This document shows positions 1 through 12,698 of a DNA stretch of 64,000 nucleotides, piece by piece (positions within the stretch are counted from its first letter, which is position 1; each line of letters opens with the position of its first letter). The position numbers and the translations under genes were made by a program. The stretch lies in NCBI GenBank assembly GCA_030141605.1, contig JAQGDQ010000396.1:124001-188000 (forward strand). Direction: 5' to 3'. Under the pieces are notes generated by a model that searched no databases, was not told the DNA's origin, and was given only the letters and a program-made list of their open reading frames with translations. The stretch is from Tubiluchus corallicola. Taxonomy: Eukaryota; Animalia; Priapulida.

Positions 1-204
1 CCAGTATGACTTCCGTGTTTGTCGTTGTTCGTGTGACTAACTGCTCTTCGAGCGTTCTGCGGGTGTTTATATAGTTTTAGGTAAGTGAACTCTCCATACG
101 TCATTATCAAGATATTTTGGTAGTGCTAAAAGACATGTATAAGTCTGCTAAGTTGACAATGCATGCATGCTGCAAGGTGAAATCCCCAATGCCGTACCGC
201 GTAA

Positions 205-617
205 CTGGAATCCAGGTAGTAAAGTCACAGAAAAAGATACAGATAAAAAGTCCCAGGAAATCGAGTCACAGGAAAAAAGTCACGCGAAGAAAGAAATAAT
301 CCTAACCTCAACCATACCCCTAGCCATAACCATAACCCCACCATAACTCTAAGACATTGAACGAAAGTTGATTCTTTTCACATACACCTTATATAAATAG
401 TGTTGGTAATAAGTACAGGTCAGTTGATTAAAAATATTTCCTGTTTTATTACTCTAATTGTTTATGGTTTGATGAAATTGTGACTGACTTGAACAACTGA
501 CTTGAGCTAATCTAATCAGGTAGAACGTGTGCTTTCTTTCCTAGCCAAATTTGTAACTTTTTTCCGGCCACCGTGAATTAATTGTGACTTTTTCCTGTGA
601 CTTTATTACCGGTCATC
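205..617. mobile_element. MITE-like element with inverted ends and internal CCTAAC/CCATAA-like repeats
   Basis: Left end GGTAGTAAAGTCACAG is nearly the reverse complement of right end CTGTGACTTTATTACC; subterminal AAAAAGTCAC repeats; telomere-like repeats at 301-351. Confidence 0.55.
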
Positions 618-894
618 CGTAACTCTAACTCCCAACTGCATTTTTATTCTCTCATCATCTGCCTCCCTTTCTCTTGTTTTGCCCTCGTTTCTTTCTCTTC
701 TTAATTAATTCTAATCCCCTCCACATCTCTCTTTCTCTCTCTCTTTTCCCATTTCTCCCTTATCCCTCTTTCATTTTCTTTTCATGTTTATTCCTTTTCT
801 TTCCCCAATTTATTGTTCGATTTTGTTCTATTTCGCTCTCCTCCCTTCTTTCATTCCCCCTTCGGTTTTCGTTCATTATCTTTGGCCTCATTTC

Positions 895-1022
<128 letters not shown>

Positions 1023-1611
1023 TGTTTTCAGCGACACGTATCTGCAGTGCCAGGTTCAAGATAACTGACCACTGACCTTGACTACCCACTCCAAGGTCAC
1101 AGCGCGCACAATCTACAATCTACTGTTTTGCGTAAATTTGGTCGTTCAGCCCTTATTTTTTATTACACTTACAAATGACGTCATATAGAGACTCCAAAAT
1201 AAACAATGACTTTAAATTGGGACTGGGTTCACAAACTGAGTGTCACTGTGTGACATAAATAGCAGAGGGTATAGAAAAGCATTTTGTGAGCGCTGGCACC
1301 TGATCAATACCACTGCATTCCAGATGGTGAATGTGTATTTTTAGGTAAAATAAATAAAAGCTTGATAAGTAGTTGCAGTAAATCTAATTTCAGGACGGCA
1401 CATGCGTTTTCGTTGGTCTACAATGTTTATAAAGCTCAGTCGCAAGATAACGTTCAATTACATTCAAACACAAATACATCAATATAGAATACTGATTATT
1501 ATTATGTAGTGTTAATAATTGTATTGACAGTCTTATGTAATATTATAAATATTACATGTAATCAAAATGTCAGACCTGAATCTGCTCGCGTTATCAACTA
1601 TCAGTATAAAC

Positions 1612-2099
1612 CATGGGTTCCCAACCTTGGAGTCGCCAAGCACTTTCCATGGGGTCGCGGGCTAGTCCAAAAACTGTTTTTAAAAATGTTGTTTTCATGA
1701 AAAGTATGTAAACAGGTCTTGTTTCCTCAGTCTCTCATTACGTCGCTTTGTTCTGGAAAGTGAAACCCGCTCCAAATACGCCATACCAGTGCTTGATTTT
1801 CCGGGAAATGAAAATGCGCGTTGTTCCATGCTTCACTTGTGTACAGCATACATCGCCCGCTATTCATTTACCTTTGATACCTATTGCTTGTTGCATTTCT
1901 GGTCGCTAAGAAACAGGTGCAACCATCACTGGAAACAACTCGTTGTTTGTTGACTAGTAAGTTAAAATTAATAAATGCGAACGATAATAATGTTTAATAG
2001 TATAATAAATAATAATGATTATGTTCTTCGTGGGGTCGCGATGTGATGCAAGGTGTTTCTAGAAAGGGGTCGCCGTTAACAAAAGGTTGGGAACCACTG
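1612..2099. mobile_element. Non-autonomous hAT (Charlie-like) element
   Basis: TIRs CATGGGTTCCCAACCTT / AAGGTTGGGAACCACTG, perfect 8-bp target-site duplication GTATAAAC (1604-1611, 2100-2107), subterminal GGGGTCGC motifs. Confidence 0.88.
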
Positions 2100-3185
2100 G
2101 TATAAACTATGAAGACACTAATTATTAGTGACTAATATTTGCAATTAAATGTTGTTTCACGAGACAGATATCTAGAAATTGGAATTATCATAGATATGAA
2201 TCCTATGTGCTACAAATGTTTAGATTGGAGTAGATAATATTATAACTTTTCTGTGATCAAATGATGATTTACCATGATGGTGCAGATATAGAGCTACATT
2301 TAACCTATGATTAATTTTAAGTATAAACTGTGGCATTTTTGTTAGTGGTTGGCGATAATTATACTTCACGCGCCTAATCACTATACCTACTAATTTATCA
2401 CATTAACTTTGAACTTATTTTATGCTTTGTAGAATAATCCGTTCATAATTAAACGATTACTGTATTTTTGGCGAGTCAGTTAGGTTACGATGCTTCCGCA
2501 TCGTGGTTTTTAAAAAATTCCAATTCGTTTCAAAAATTTTAAATTTCTTGGTTTATTTTCTGTATTAACAGTTAGTTTTAAAATTAAAATAGTGTTATAT
2601 AGGCCTATGCTTGTAACGTCAGGCCTATGCTTGCAATGAATTAATTACCAGATTGTATCCTAAAATAACTGATTCGAGCCTGGTTTGGATTAGGCCTATT
2701 ACAAGCCACAGTCTTCGTGGGAGGATGAAATTTTGCATGAAGACACTACGGACCATTTCCCCGACCATAATGGAGCCTGATTCCTGATTTTTAACTTTCT
2801 CAATACGGCAATCGATGTGCCCTTTGAATGGATCACTCCCATTGAAAAATTTAACATTTGCTCTCTGTCGTGACTGAGTGATATTCGAAGTTATCATTCT
2901 TGCTTATCCCGCATTCCAAATGAATGTCGTGTTTCTAGACTATCCGGCTTTCTAGACCAAAAAGAAAGCTTTATAACAAAAGCAATTGTTACGCATAAAA
3001 ATTCGAGCCTCTGATTAGGCAGTCTCATCGTTAAAAATCGTTTGTGAAGCCGTCACTGAAGCGTGTCATTTAAGAGTTTTGCATTTCCCAAAAGTTTTCC
3101 GAAAATGCAAGCTGAATTTCATCGATTTCTCACAAGGCTTTCAACTGTCAAACAAAAAATTATCATAATTAATCACAATAATCAC

Positions 3186-6100
3186 CTTCCAGTTCTCCAT
3201 CCAGGAAAATTTGATATTCTCCCATAACTGCATCAAAGGTCAGGCAGAAGTGATGCCAGTGTCCGTCCATCATTTTTCTTCCCAAACCAGGAAACCCACT
3301 ACGTAATAAAAACTATTATTTACTTATGCTTTGTGTTTTGGTTAAGAAGCTGACTGTTCTGATGACATACAATTCGGATGTGTTCTGCTGATTAGACAAG
3401 TACCTACTCTATTTGCGCAATGCGTTCCTCAGAAGCAGGCCCTGTAGTCCGCCTAAATATGTTGAAGCGGTTTCTACCCTAGATTCAGTTAATTTATGTA
3501 GATATAGAGACTGGTAGCTAGCTCTTTGTGAGGTGGAAACGAAAACGAGTAAAAATTTAGAACAATTTATTTAATCAAAGATTGCTGAAGGAATGGAGAA
3601 TATCATGCCTTCAATATTTACTGTGAAAGCCTTGAGTATCTCACAGCCTGCAATTTTGAGAGTATGGTTAGAGCAGAACCTCGAAAACTCTGGGATCGAT
3701 CTTTTCGATCGAACTGAATGGCCTGGAGATTCACTAAGCCTCAACGTCGTCAAACACATTTTGAAAGACGGAATGGATAATAAGATGAACCAAGAACATG
3801 ACACTGATTGGTTTTCAAAGGACAAGTTTATAAGACATCTGCAAGATATGCCGGAGGACCTTCAGCTCGAACCTAATATTGGATTGCGAATAACGACAGC
3901 GCTAGACATTAAAATTAACGTTCTTTTCTCAAAATTTAATGTTCTGTCTTAGGGTTTTGTCGGTTTTATCTACTTCTCTCTGTTTCCTTTTTACAGCTAG
4001 AGGCAGTCATTTGCTGATACCCCTTACATCATTTAAAAAGGACCTTGATTATTAGAAATGTAACTGAAAGACAGGTCTGGATGATACTATAGGCTAGAAT
4101 AGGCTGCAGCCTAAGTCCCTCAAGCTTGAAGGCCCTGCTAAACGAAAATAATAAAATAGTGGTATTGCTTAAAGGATATTTTTATTGACAAACAAAAGAT
4201 AGCTATTCTAGTTTATTTAAAGAATTTGCAATAAATTTGCCTTAAGTTCTGTGAATGCCGCTAAAATATATAAAGAGTAAAAATATTCAAGACGAGTGCG
4301 AGTAAGTAGAGGGTGGCTCCGTCTGAGGGGCCATAATTTCATTAGTGTAGGGGTTCCAAAAGGTCGCAATCCGACCCGGCAGAAGGCAGACACGTTGTGA
4401 TGCTACTTTTGAGCCAATCATTGCTTTACATCGCGAGTTTTGGGTTACAGAAACTTTTTAGAGACAAACTTAGCTTGCTTGAAATGTTTTCATTTTTTGT
4501 TCTGCGTGACGGACACACGCTCTTCCCTCGCGACTTTGTTATTAAATGTCTCAGTCTGTAGCATTTTACTGAGTTGTAAAATTTGGGTAAGTTCGGATAG
4601 AAACTTTCAGTGATTGCTCAAGGGATAAGCATGAAAAAACTTATGTTTATAGGACTTCCTGCTGAAATATAATAGTAATATTATAATCGATATGTTCCGG
4701 AGACAGCTGACTTGATATTTGGAAGTATATGTGCACTTCTTCATCCTTCTATAAAATTATGATTTTCCAACTAAATTAAAAGGTTTAGTAAAGATTTGCT
4801 GTTCATAAATAAATGTGTAAATTGACTTGTTATAAGTTTGTCATTTCGTATACAATTATATAATATGCTATATAATAAGTTTCTGACTCACGCGGCCTCA
4901 GCATTGCGAAGTCGTTTGCGGTTAACCATCCCATTTGTATTTCAAAGTTATTTGATCCTCTGAGTGTGCCCAATTGCATTGCTGGAATTACGGGCAGAAG
5001 AGGTCTTAGCCACTGAAAATAATAATTTTTATCCTTATTAGTACAATTGTACTTTATATAGAATTAAATTTCAGAACAAAACAATTTTTAAATCATCTCT
5101 TTTGAGTTTTGTACTTCGTACAAACAGTTTCAATGGATTATTTCGTATTTTGTCCAAGCCAAAGTAAAGAGAAGAGGCTAGACGTGTATGCATCATCCGC
5201 AGAATAGCGAACAGTGACTTATATATAACGCCATACTTACGCAGCAATTTGTAGACTTCTTCAGCTTTCGCTACATATGTAGTGAACATATGTGACAACA
5301 GCAATAGTAGCAGCAGAAACAGTTGATTAAAAAAACAAAATAAAGAAGCAGCTTGTTACCATGCAATGAGTGATTTCAGTGATGTCGTCCGTCCTCATTC
5401 TTGATGTAAACCTTATAAGGTTAACTCGAGGCTTGACTTGCCCCGGGTTCTGGCTTCGTGACGTATGCACAGTCATGAAACCGTCTATTGATCTACAGGG
5501 CACAAAGTCAGCTGAAAAACACAATTGCTACATAAAACAAATACAGACTCTTTTCGTCTAGGTATTGGAAATTTTTGAATAATAATTTATCTTAATTTCA
5601 TTTGTAATTATGTAAATTTTGTATATTATACACGTTTGCCAGATATAAAAAGTATAATAATGACATGGTTTTTGCATAGATGGAAATTAGGAACCTATTA
5701 CTTAAACTACGGAAAATTAAAATGAACCCTGATTTTTGGATTCGCTTTTCATAAACGACGTGGTTAATTTGTCAGACAAAGGCCCACTTGTAATGCGGTT
5801 ATGATTCTTTTTCGACAATATAACCAATGCTGTTATATTAATAAAACAAAAATTCTCTCTTTGCGAAATTAAAACTTAGTTTTGTACTGAATTTCGTTAA
5901 CTGCTTTTCTTTAAACAAAAAAGAAGTAATTGAGCAGTTAAAATTTAAAGTCAGTTCCGCGAGGATCAATCGGATGAGGATACCCTCACGAAAATTAACA
6001 AATTTCTCCGTGAGGATTGTTACTAACGGAAACAGAATTCCTCGCAGGAAAATTCTTCACAAGGCATTTGTGTGAAATGCGCCGTAGAAAGCAATGTGTT

Positions 6101-8425
6101 ATCGTAAAGGAATGTCGCAAGAAATTTTTCCTCGTAGAATTTTGCCGCGTGTTCTCACTGTGAAATGGCCTAAGAATGCTACATAGACCACTATATTGGT
6201 TATTAATCTTTTAATCGAAAGTCACCATCTATTAGATGCCATGCTTGATTTAACGCCTCTAAGTAGTTACTTTTTAAAAAATTGTGATTTGGTTGAAACT
6301 TGTAGCAAAACTGCCGAAAGTTCAGACACATGATCAGAGTAAGTTTCACTTAAGTTGCCTATCAGTAGGCGATAGGGGGTTAATAAATTTAGACTTTGTT
6401 ACCAGCATAAGTTTCCACTTTTTTTTCATAGTCGAACATATTTTGCACATTATGCAAGTATCGTAAGTCACAAATGATTACTGCGTGACAGGTCACTAAG
6501 CCTACTGTAAATTACATACGCGCAGGGGAGTATTAACCAATAGGCTAACTAGGCTATAGCCTAGAACGCCAAAGTTTGAGGGACGTCACATTTTAGAAAA
6601 AAATGTTATTCTCCCCGGAAAATGTGTATGTACTTTCATATTCATGTAAAGGGCGCATTTTAATCTATTTTAATCCAATCTAATTGTTTAATCTATTCAT
6701 TACATAAAAAACCATAAATTCACAATAGAGATAGGCGGGACAGAAGTATCAGTCTAGGGCGTCGTAAAGTCTTGATACGCTTTTGGTGTTCTTAAACTTG
6801 CGAAATGTCTTCATTTTGGCAGGCTCTGTCGACTAAGAAGTTTTTCGTCAAGTTGTAGTTAAATAAAATTATAGCCACACACTTACGCTCATAGTCTTCA
6901 GCATAACTTATTCCTTGGCATCCGACTAGAATGAAAACCTGTAAAAAGAACTTTCCTTCACTTGATGGTAGTTAGTTAAATTTCAGTATATACAAAATCT
7001 GAAAATATGAAATGTGAAAATGTTGGGATACAGCCTGGGTTTGAACCACGGACCTTTGCTTGCAAAGCAGACGCCTTAGACCACTGTATTTCCCAGTTAT
7101 CAAAGTAGTCCACACTAAAGTGACTCTAACCAATTAGACCAATTTCTTTCTTTATATTATTTTTGAGCTTGAACGTAGGAAGATGCTTAGTGCTTAGTGA
7201 TCTAAGGCATCTGCTCTCTGGTTCAAATCCAGGTTCAAATTCAAATCCATCAAAATTTTTTCACCTTTTCTGTTTTCCAACCTTGGTATCAAAATTTAGT
7301 TAATTGTGGGCTGGGCTTGTACCATCATTAAAATATTCTTAAAATTAAGATTACAATAGTTAACTGAGGTGCAACAAAAGAACGGAGTCAAATTTTAACT
7401 TCATATTAACGAAAGTCGGACAAGGAGGCATACGTACCATATATATATATAGTTTATTGACGAACAACACAACAACATACAACAACATACAATACAATGT
7501 ACATAAAGAATCACACATCATACAAAGCATCCATGAGATGCTTTAATAATATAGATAATATTAGAAGCAAGTGCCCTCAAAGTTGAAATTAGTATGACAG
7601 TGTATTCTAATATCACACAATTACAACAGTATGGCATCACAAAACATTATTTTTTAGCTGGGAATGTTACACGTTTATAGGTACGCTGATTTTTAAATTA
7701 TGGCTGAAAAAAGTTTACATGTCAAAAAAATTAAATGTCTGAATAATGTTAGCTATAGTCATCAACTGAAAAACAGCCACGTTGACGAATAAAGCACTTA
7801 ACACACGACAGCAAAACAATAAAGAATCAACTACTTTACATGATCGTCTTCACCATAGGAAATAAAGCATTGATAAATATTCGTTACTGGAAAAAATGGG
7901 AGTTAAATCCTCTAGATTACGGCATTTGGAATTGTCTTAAAGAGAAAGCGTACAATTTTCGATGCAATGCAACTGAAGGCTAAAAAAAGTTGAGTTGTGG
8001 GACTAAATACCCTTTAAAGAAGTGAAAAATTTTGTTAGTTGTTGCAAGAGATGCCTTCGTCTAATTTGTAGCGAAAATGGTGGAAATATCGAGCATTTAC
8101 TGTAAATTTTAACAATAGTGACAAAATTTTCTCTCTGTATTTATTTTTTGGATTTGCTAATTTAAAGCTTCTGTATCTTGGACACATCTAAGATAATGAC
8201 CTGAGATTTTTCGCTTTTATACAAAAACGTCAGTAACATCAGTTTTGGCATAGTTTTTCGCGGCGTATCATATATATACATATATATGTATATATATGTA
8301 TATATATGCAATTTTTGTTTTAATTTTATTGAAGGATTTGCAGGTAATGTTTTTCTGTCCCTGAGTAATTAAGACGAAGAACTACTTACCAAAAGTAATG
8401 ATTCTAGCAATGTGAAGTTAGCCAT
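3186..8425 (-). CDS. Secreted pentraxin/LamG-like domain protein (multi-exon, 3' end not resolved)
   Basis: GT-AG exons: 8425-8390 (MANFTLLESLLL), 6938-6887 (VFILVGCQGISYAEDYE), 5511-5360 (PDFVPCRS...DDITEITHCM), 5012-4892 (WLRPLLP...NNFEIQMGWLTANDFAMLRP), 3298-3186 (GFPGLGRKMMDGHWHHFCLTFDAVMGEYQIFLDGELE). The first four join in phase and give a signal peptide. T-x-C-x-W and DGxWHHxCxT(F/W)D...IFLDG are pentraxin/LamG motifs. The 4892/3298 junction is out of phase and the later exons were not found. Confidence 0.72.
3593..4025 (+). mobile_element. Decayed Tc1/mariner transposase C-terminal fragment
   Basis: ORF 3593-3952 contains EWPGDSLSLNVVKH, a degenerate WPxNSPDLNPIE motif; lies inside an intron of the pentraxin-like gene. 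Confidence 0.65.
5880..6172. mobile_element. Harbinger-like MITE/dispersed repeat (second copy at ~52290-52570, inverted)
   Basis: Internal CCTC..GAGG palindromes, terminal TGTGAAATGGCC; segment AAGAAGTAATTGAGCAGTTAAA matches the reverse complement of ~52531-52553. Confidence 0.55.
6975..7300. mobile_element. Inverted pair of tRNA-derived SINE-like heads
   Basis: Minus strand 7094-7024 has AGTGGTCTAAGG (A box), a TGC anticodon-like loop and GGTTCAAACCC (B box). Plus strand ~7190-7240 has TAGTGATCTAAGGCATCTGC...GGTTCAAATCC. The AT-rich tails are similar. Confidence 0.5.
7880..8105 (+). mobile_element. Decayed Tc1/mariner transposase C-terminal fragment
   Basis: Translates with frameshifts to ELNPLDYGIWNCLKEKAY...KRCLRLICSENGGNIEHLL*, a typical Tc1/mariner C-terminus. 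Confidence 0.75.
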
Positions 8426-8500
8426 TGAATTTTTCTGCGTAAAAATATAGCAAACTGTGCAAAACGCGTGGATAACAGACAAAGTAAATGGACAACTCAC

Positions 8501-8566
8501 GACACTGTTCTTTAAAAAAGGTTGTAGCCCATGGCCATCATTAAACTTTGGTGACGTGCACTTGAC
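8501..8566 (-). other. Probable 5'UTR exon of the pentraxin-like gene (another upstream exon ends at 8645)
   Basis: cattag acceptor and gtgagt donor; 66-nt intron to the ATG exon (8434-8390); gtaagc donor at 8644. Contains a short uORF MMAMGYNLF*. Confidence 0.5.
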
Positions 8567-10758
8567 CTAATGATATGTTTTTGAGGTAACTAGGCTCACA
8601 GGTTTGAGGTTTTAAGGTCGTGCTGCAAAAATTATAATGCTTACCTTTACTGCAAAAAATATCACAAAGTACTTCTGTTATTAGCTTTCTTGAGTGTGAC
8701 GCTACTGGTCACAAAGCAACAGCAGCGACGACGACAACAACAACAATGACAATGATAGCGGCAACAACAACACCAACATCCTGCTGTGAAGTTGATTTAT
8801 TTGCCAGACATCTTTTGCACGGAAAGAACAATAGAAAAAATTTATGGCTAAAAGTTTGGTACTAGAAAAATCATTTAGGGATTCTAAACCGTAAAACAAT
8901 TTAAAGGACAAGAAAATGGGTACCTGATGTAGATTTCAGAAAAACGCCTTAAAAATTATATTACTTTATAACAATTTTATGCGTATATCATACTCGCGTT
9001 GAAAGGAATTTTTGTTTGTCTTCTGTATCTAGTCTAATCTAGAACCAGGCCAATATTTCTCCTGCTAACTGATGAAAAGTTGAGCATTATTGATAACAGT
9101 TAAGACGGAACTGTAGCTAATTGTCCTGAACGTACCTGCTGCAGGGGTGTGCGAAATAACTTGCACGCTGATTGGGCAGTCAACGAAAATGATTGACATC
9201 ATGTTAGAAGTCAATTGTAGTAATACTGATTTAGGAGACAAAATATGAATATCATTTTGATTGCTATGCTTTATTAGCCCGTCGGGATTGGGAACTTCAT
9301 TGTGAGATGCGACTGGTTTTATCACGCAATTGTTTTTGAATAGTCATTTGTAAGAGTCGTCTAATGCAGGGAAGAAATCAGAACCAAACTCCCACAGTAC
9401 TAAATGCTACGTGCTCCATAAATTGTATAGCTGTCGACTACATTTGCTCAGGCATTGTGTAACAATCTGGCATTACAACTTGGCATTGTGTAATAATAGG
9501 AAATTATTCCGCAAATAGTTGCATAAATTTAACCCAATACTGTTCCTAATACGCACGTAGAATAATCGATCTGATTTTTATATTAATTTCAGTGGATACC
9601 ACATAGATTTAGCAGAACTTTACATTAAACTTCCTTCACAACCAATTTCAATTCTAACAAAACATTAGATGTTATAACATAGATTTAATAAGCAAACAAT
9701 TGAATGCAGCTTATAAGGACGGCTGAGATATACAAAATTATCTTAGCTGAAGATGGCCTAAGCTTACGTACCAGTTTATCATAACATTAGAGTCTAAAAA
9801 TTGAACATTATCAAAAGAACAAGCCAAATAACTTAGAAGCTCCGGGTAATTATGATAACAATTTTCGCAGGTCCGGCTACTGAAATTAATTAATAGCCTC
9901 ATAAACTAGAGAGCGTCTTTAAAATTAAATCATAAAAAGTAACAAAACACGGCAGAGGTTTCCAAGACGGGCGAAGTTTATTTATCATACTTTTACATTA
10001 TTACTCGACAAAAGCTTGTATAAATGTTATTAGAGGCCAAAGTCCCGAGAGTTATTAATTATTACTATTTCATGTAACACTGTTATGATAAGTATTTTTA
10101 ATATTTGTATGAATTGTTATTTTGGTCTGTACGCTCGAACCAAAATACTTCTATGTAAGGGGATTTTATTTGTAGTAAACGCCTCTTAATCTATAAATTA
10201 AATCTGTCTTGTTCATTTGTTTGTGCGTATTTATTGATGCTTCAATAAACAAACACAAACAATAAATTATTATGACATCCTCTCACTTCAATCAAGCGCA
10301 ATAATAATGATTGTTCTTGACACTAGATGTCACTCGTAAAGTTTCGCACGTGTTGTGCAATACTGTCACCGTGATTTGAGGTTAGCGGTTGTTTATCTTT
10401 CTCTAAGGTGGTGCAATACCTCATAATTTTATTTTAAAAGTACGTGCCAGTCAGTCGTACAGTTACCTGGTCGGTTTGATAATCTGGTTAATACTAAGCA
10501 CTGAGCATTTGCCGAATCATCAGTTCGTTACAGGTAAGATTAAGTTATTTAAAATCATTTTTTTCTAATTTGGAAACTAACTTTTGTTCCATCTTCTTGC
10601 AAGTTCTTGGTGAGATTGGCTACAACATAGGCATAACCTGACGAGCGGTGTTGATCAGTGTTTAATATTCGCAAACAAGCATTTTAGTATTTTTTATTTT
10701 TATAAAAATGTTAGGCCTATAATGTACTTAGGCCTAATAGTAGTAATAGTCTTGTTGG

Positions 10759-11244
10759 GAGCGGAGTAGGACACTAACCGAAGTAGGACGATTGGCGTAC
10801 ATGTGGTGGCTGCCCAAGTGGGACACTAGAGACTGGTCACGAAATTGAGTCGTTAACCGTACTGGCAGCATCCGTTTATCCTTGTTTATTTAATAATAAT
10901 AATTGAAAACGCCAATACACGTTGAATAATTTATTATAAATCGGATAAAATAAAGTAATCTTATTCTGAGCTAGTAGAACTGCTAGTAATAAATTTGGCT
11001 TCGATATTAATGTTTTTGAAGTGAAATAAGCATTTGTAAATAATACATTTGTAAATTGTCAAGGACTACACATCATTATTATAAAGTTTTATTATTAGTT
11101 TTATGTTTTATTATCTCATAATTCTTGCAGAAATTGCCAGTGCCCTACTTGGGCTGCCCAATTGCGACACTGCTTTTCCGCAAATTTAGCACATGTGCTG
11201 TAGTGGAAATGTCCTACTACGGCTAGTGGCGTACTCCGTGCGCT
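10759..11244. mobile_element. MITE with long imperfect inverted ends
   Basis: Left GAGCGGAGTAGGACACTAACCGAAGTAGGAC...CCCAAGTGGGACACT mirrors right AGTGCCCTACTTGGG...GTCCTACTACGGCTAGTGGCGTACTCCGTGC. Confidence 0.65.
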
Positions 11245-12698
11245 ACAGTACTAATACATAATTTGCACAGTAGAATGACTGTCATAGCTGCTATAGTAAT
11301 TGTCACAAATTGGATGAACACACAGATAAAACAGAAAGCTAAACGTAAAGCGTAATGGTGGGTTACAAGACAACTCTTTATTCTCTAATGCGCATGCGTG
11401 CTTCAAGACAGCTATATAAAGATTACGTCATTACAGTAATAACCTAACTTATTTTACTATAAACACTAAGCAGAGGGATGAAATTAAGATAATGTACCTT
11501 GTATTTACAATTAAGCGAAATTGTCACATCTTAGCCAATTTCATAGTATCGTTACACCATTAAAGTACAAGAGAGATTAACTGAAAACACATATTGCCTT
11601 CAAGCCTTTGAAAATCCAGGCACGATCTTTTCTTTTTCACTTTAAATTGCCTCGTAAATCACCATAAGATCTCCACAATTTGAGTTAGGATGCCTCTGTA
11701 ATTAAACTATCTTGAAAACATGTTTTAAGGTCTTTGTTGATTCAATAATAATTCTAGTAGATGGTGGCACCATCACTGTATATAGTGGCAATAATGGGAA
11801 ACAGTCGTTATCTTGTGACATCTATTGACAAGACAGACAAAGCATTACAAGCAGATTCCTTTTGAATTACTATATTACGTGCTTTTTGTATCCGAGAGGT
11901 TCTTATGTGTAACTGGTTGCAGTATTTTTCTAGGTGTTGGATATGTTAGGTAGATATAGCCTAGCTTCATAGCTTTTGTTGTTAACATCAGGAACCTGCC
12001 CAACATATCAGCATCTCTCAACAAAACTTTTAATTTCTCTCTGTGATTTTGATCGGTATGGTCTCCAAGTCAATGCCTTATTTCCAAGTAGTCAGTACTA
12101 ATTTGCATTGAAGTTCAAAAGTTATTTTATACAATCATGATCCATAAATGTGAAAGGTCAATGTACGAGTTCTAGAATTGAATTCATAGGCTATAATGAC
12201 GTGTCTGCGACTCTGTGTTAAAGTATGTTTGCACAGAATGTTAATTTTTTGTCAGTAGGGCATAAAGATATTTTTCATTTTCAGCTTTTGAAAGGAGAAT
12301 CCAGCTCAGGCAATATACTTATAAATAAACTAACACCTTTATAGTGTAGTTGTAAAACTTACTTTTGTGATTTTTTACCATTTTAGTTGTTATTTAAGAC
12401 ATAAATGTTTTTATGGTGCTTTTCACAAGAGCAGGATATAATAATTATCATGTGCGCATTTTTTCTTTATTCTTACCTTTTTTAGTTTTTTAGCTCTTGA
12501 ATAATTAAATTGTATTCTCTTTTCTTTAAAGTTAATAGTTAATACAATGTTTTTAATTTATAGTTTCAAGAAAGAAGTCAGCTCATACGGTTGTACCATT
12601 GCACAGTTACACTGCCGAGGGTATCAGCAAAGGTTAATCAGTTCATGTTTGAAGAGAATCTAAAAGCTTCTAAATTGTCTTGTGTTAGAGAACCTGCC

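Noticed and set aside
2625-2970. Minus-strand ORF as the next pentraxin exon
   Set aside because: Stop codon follows the candidate acceptor in the required phase and no pentraxin motifs; more likely a decayed repeat.
3371-3452. 82-nt candidate exon that would fix the pentraxin phase gap
   Set aside because: Correct length class but contains an in-frame TAG.
5241-5270. 30-nt AG...GTAAGT-bounded candidate exon
   Set aside because: Would interrupt the conserved C-M-W strand; the flanking exons already join in phase.
7024-7094. tRNA-Ala(TGC) gene
   Set aside because: Acceptor and D stems do not form a proper cloverleaf; treated as a SINE-like head.
8702-8911. ORF with a hydrophobic signal/TM-like tail
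   Set aside because: Hydrophobicity comes from a GTT/GTC/GCT microsatellite.
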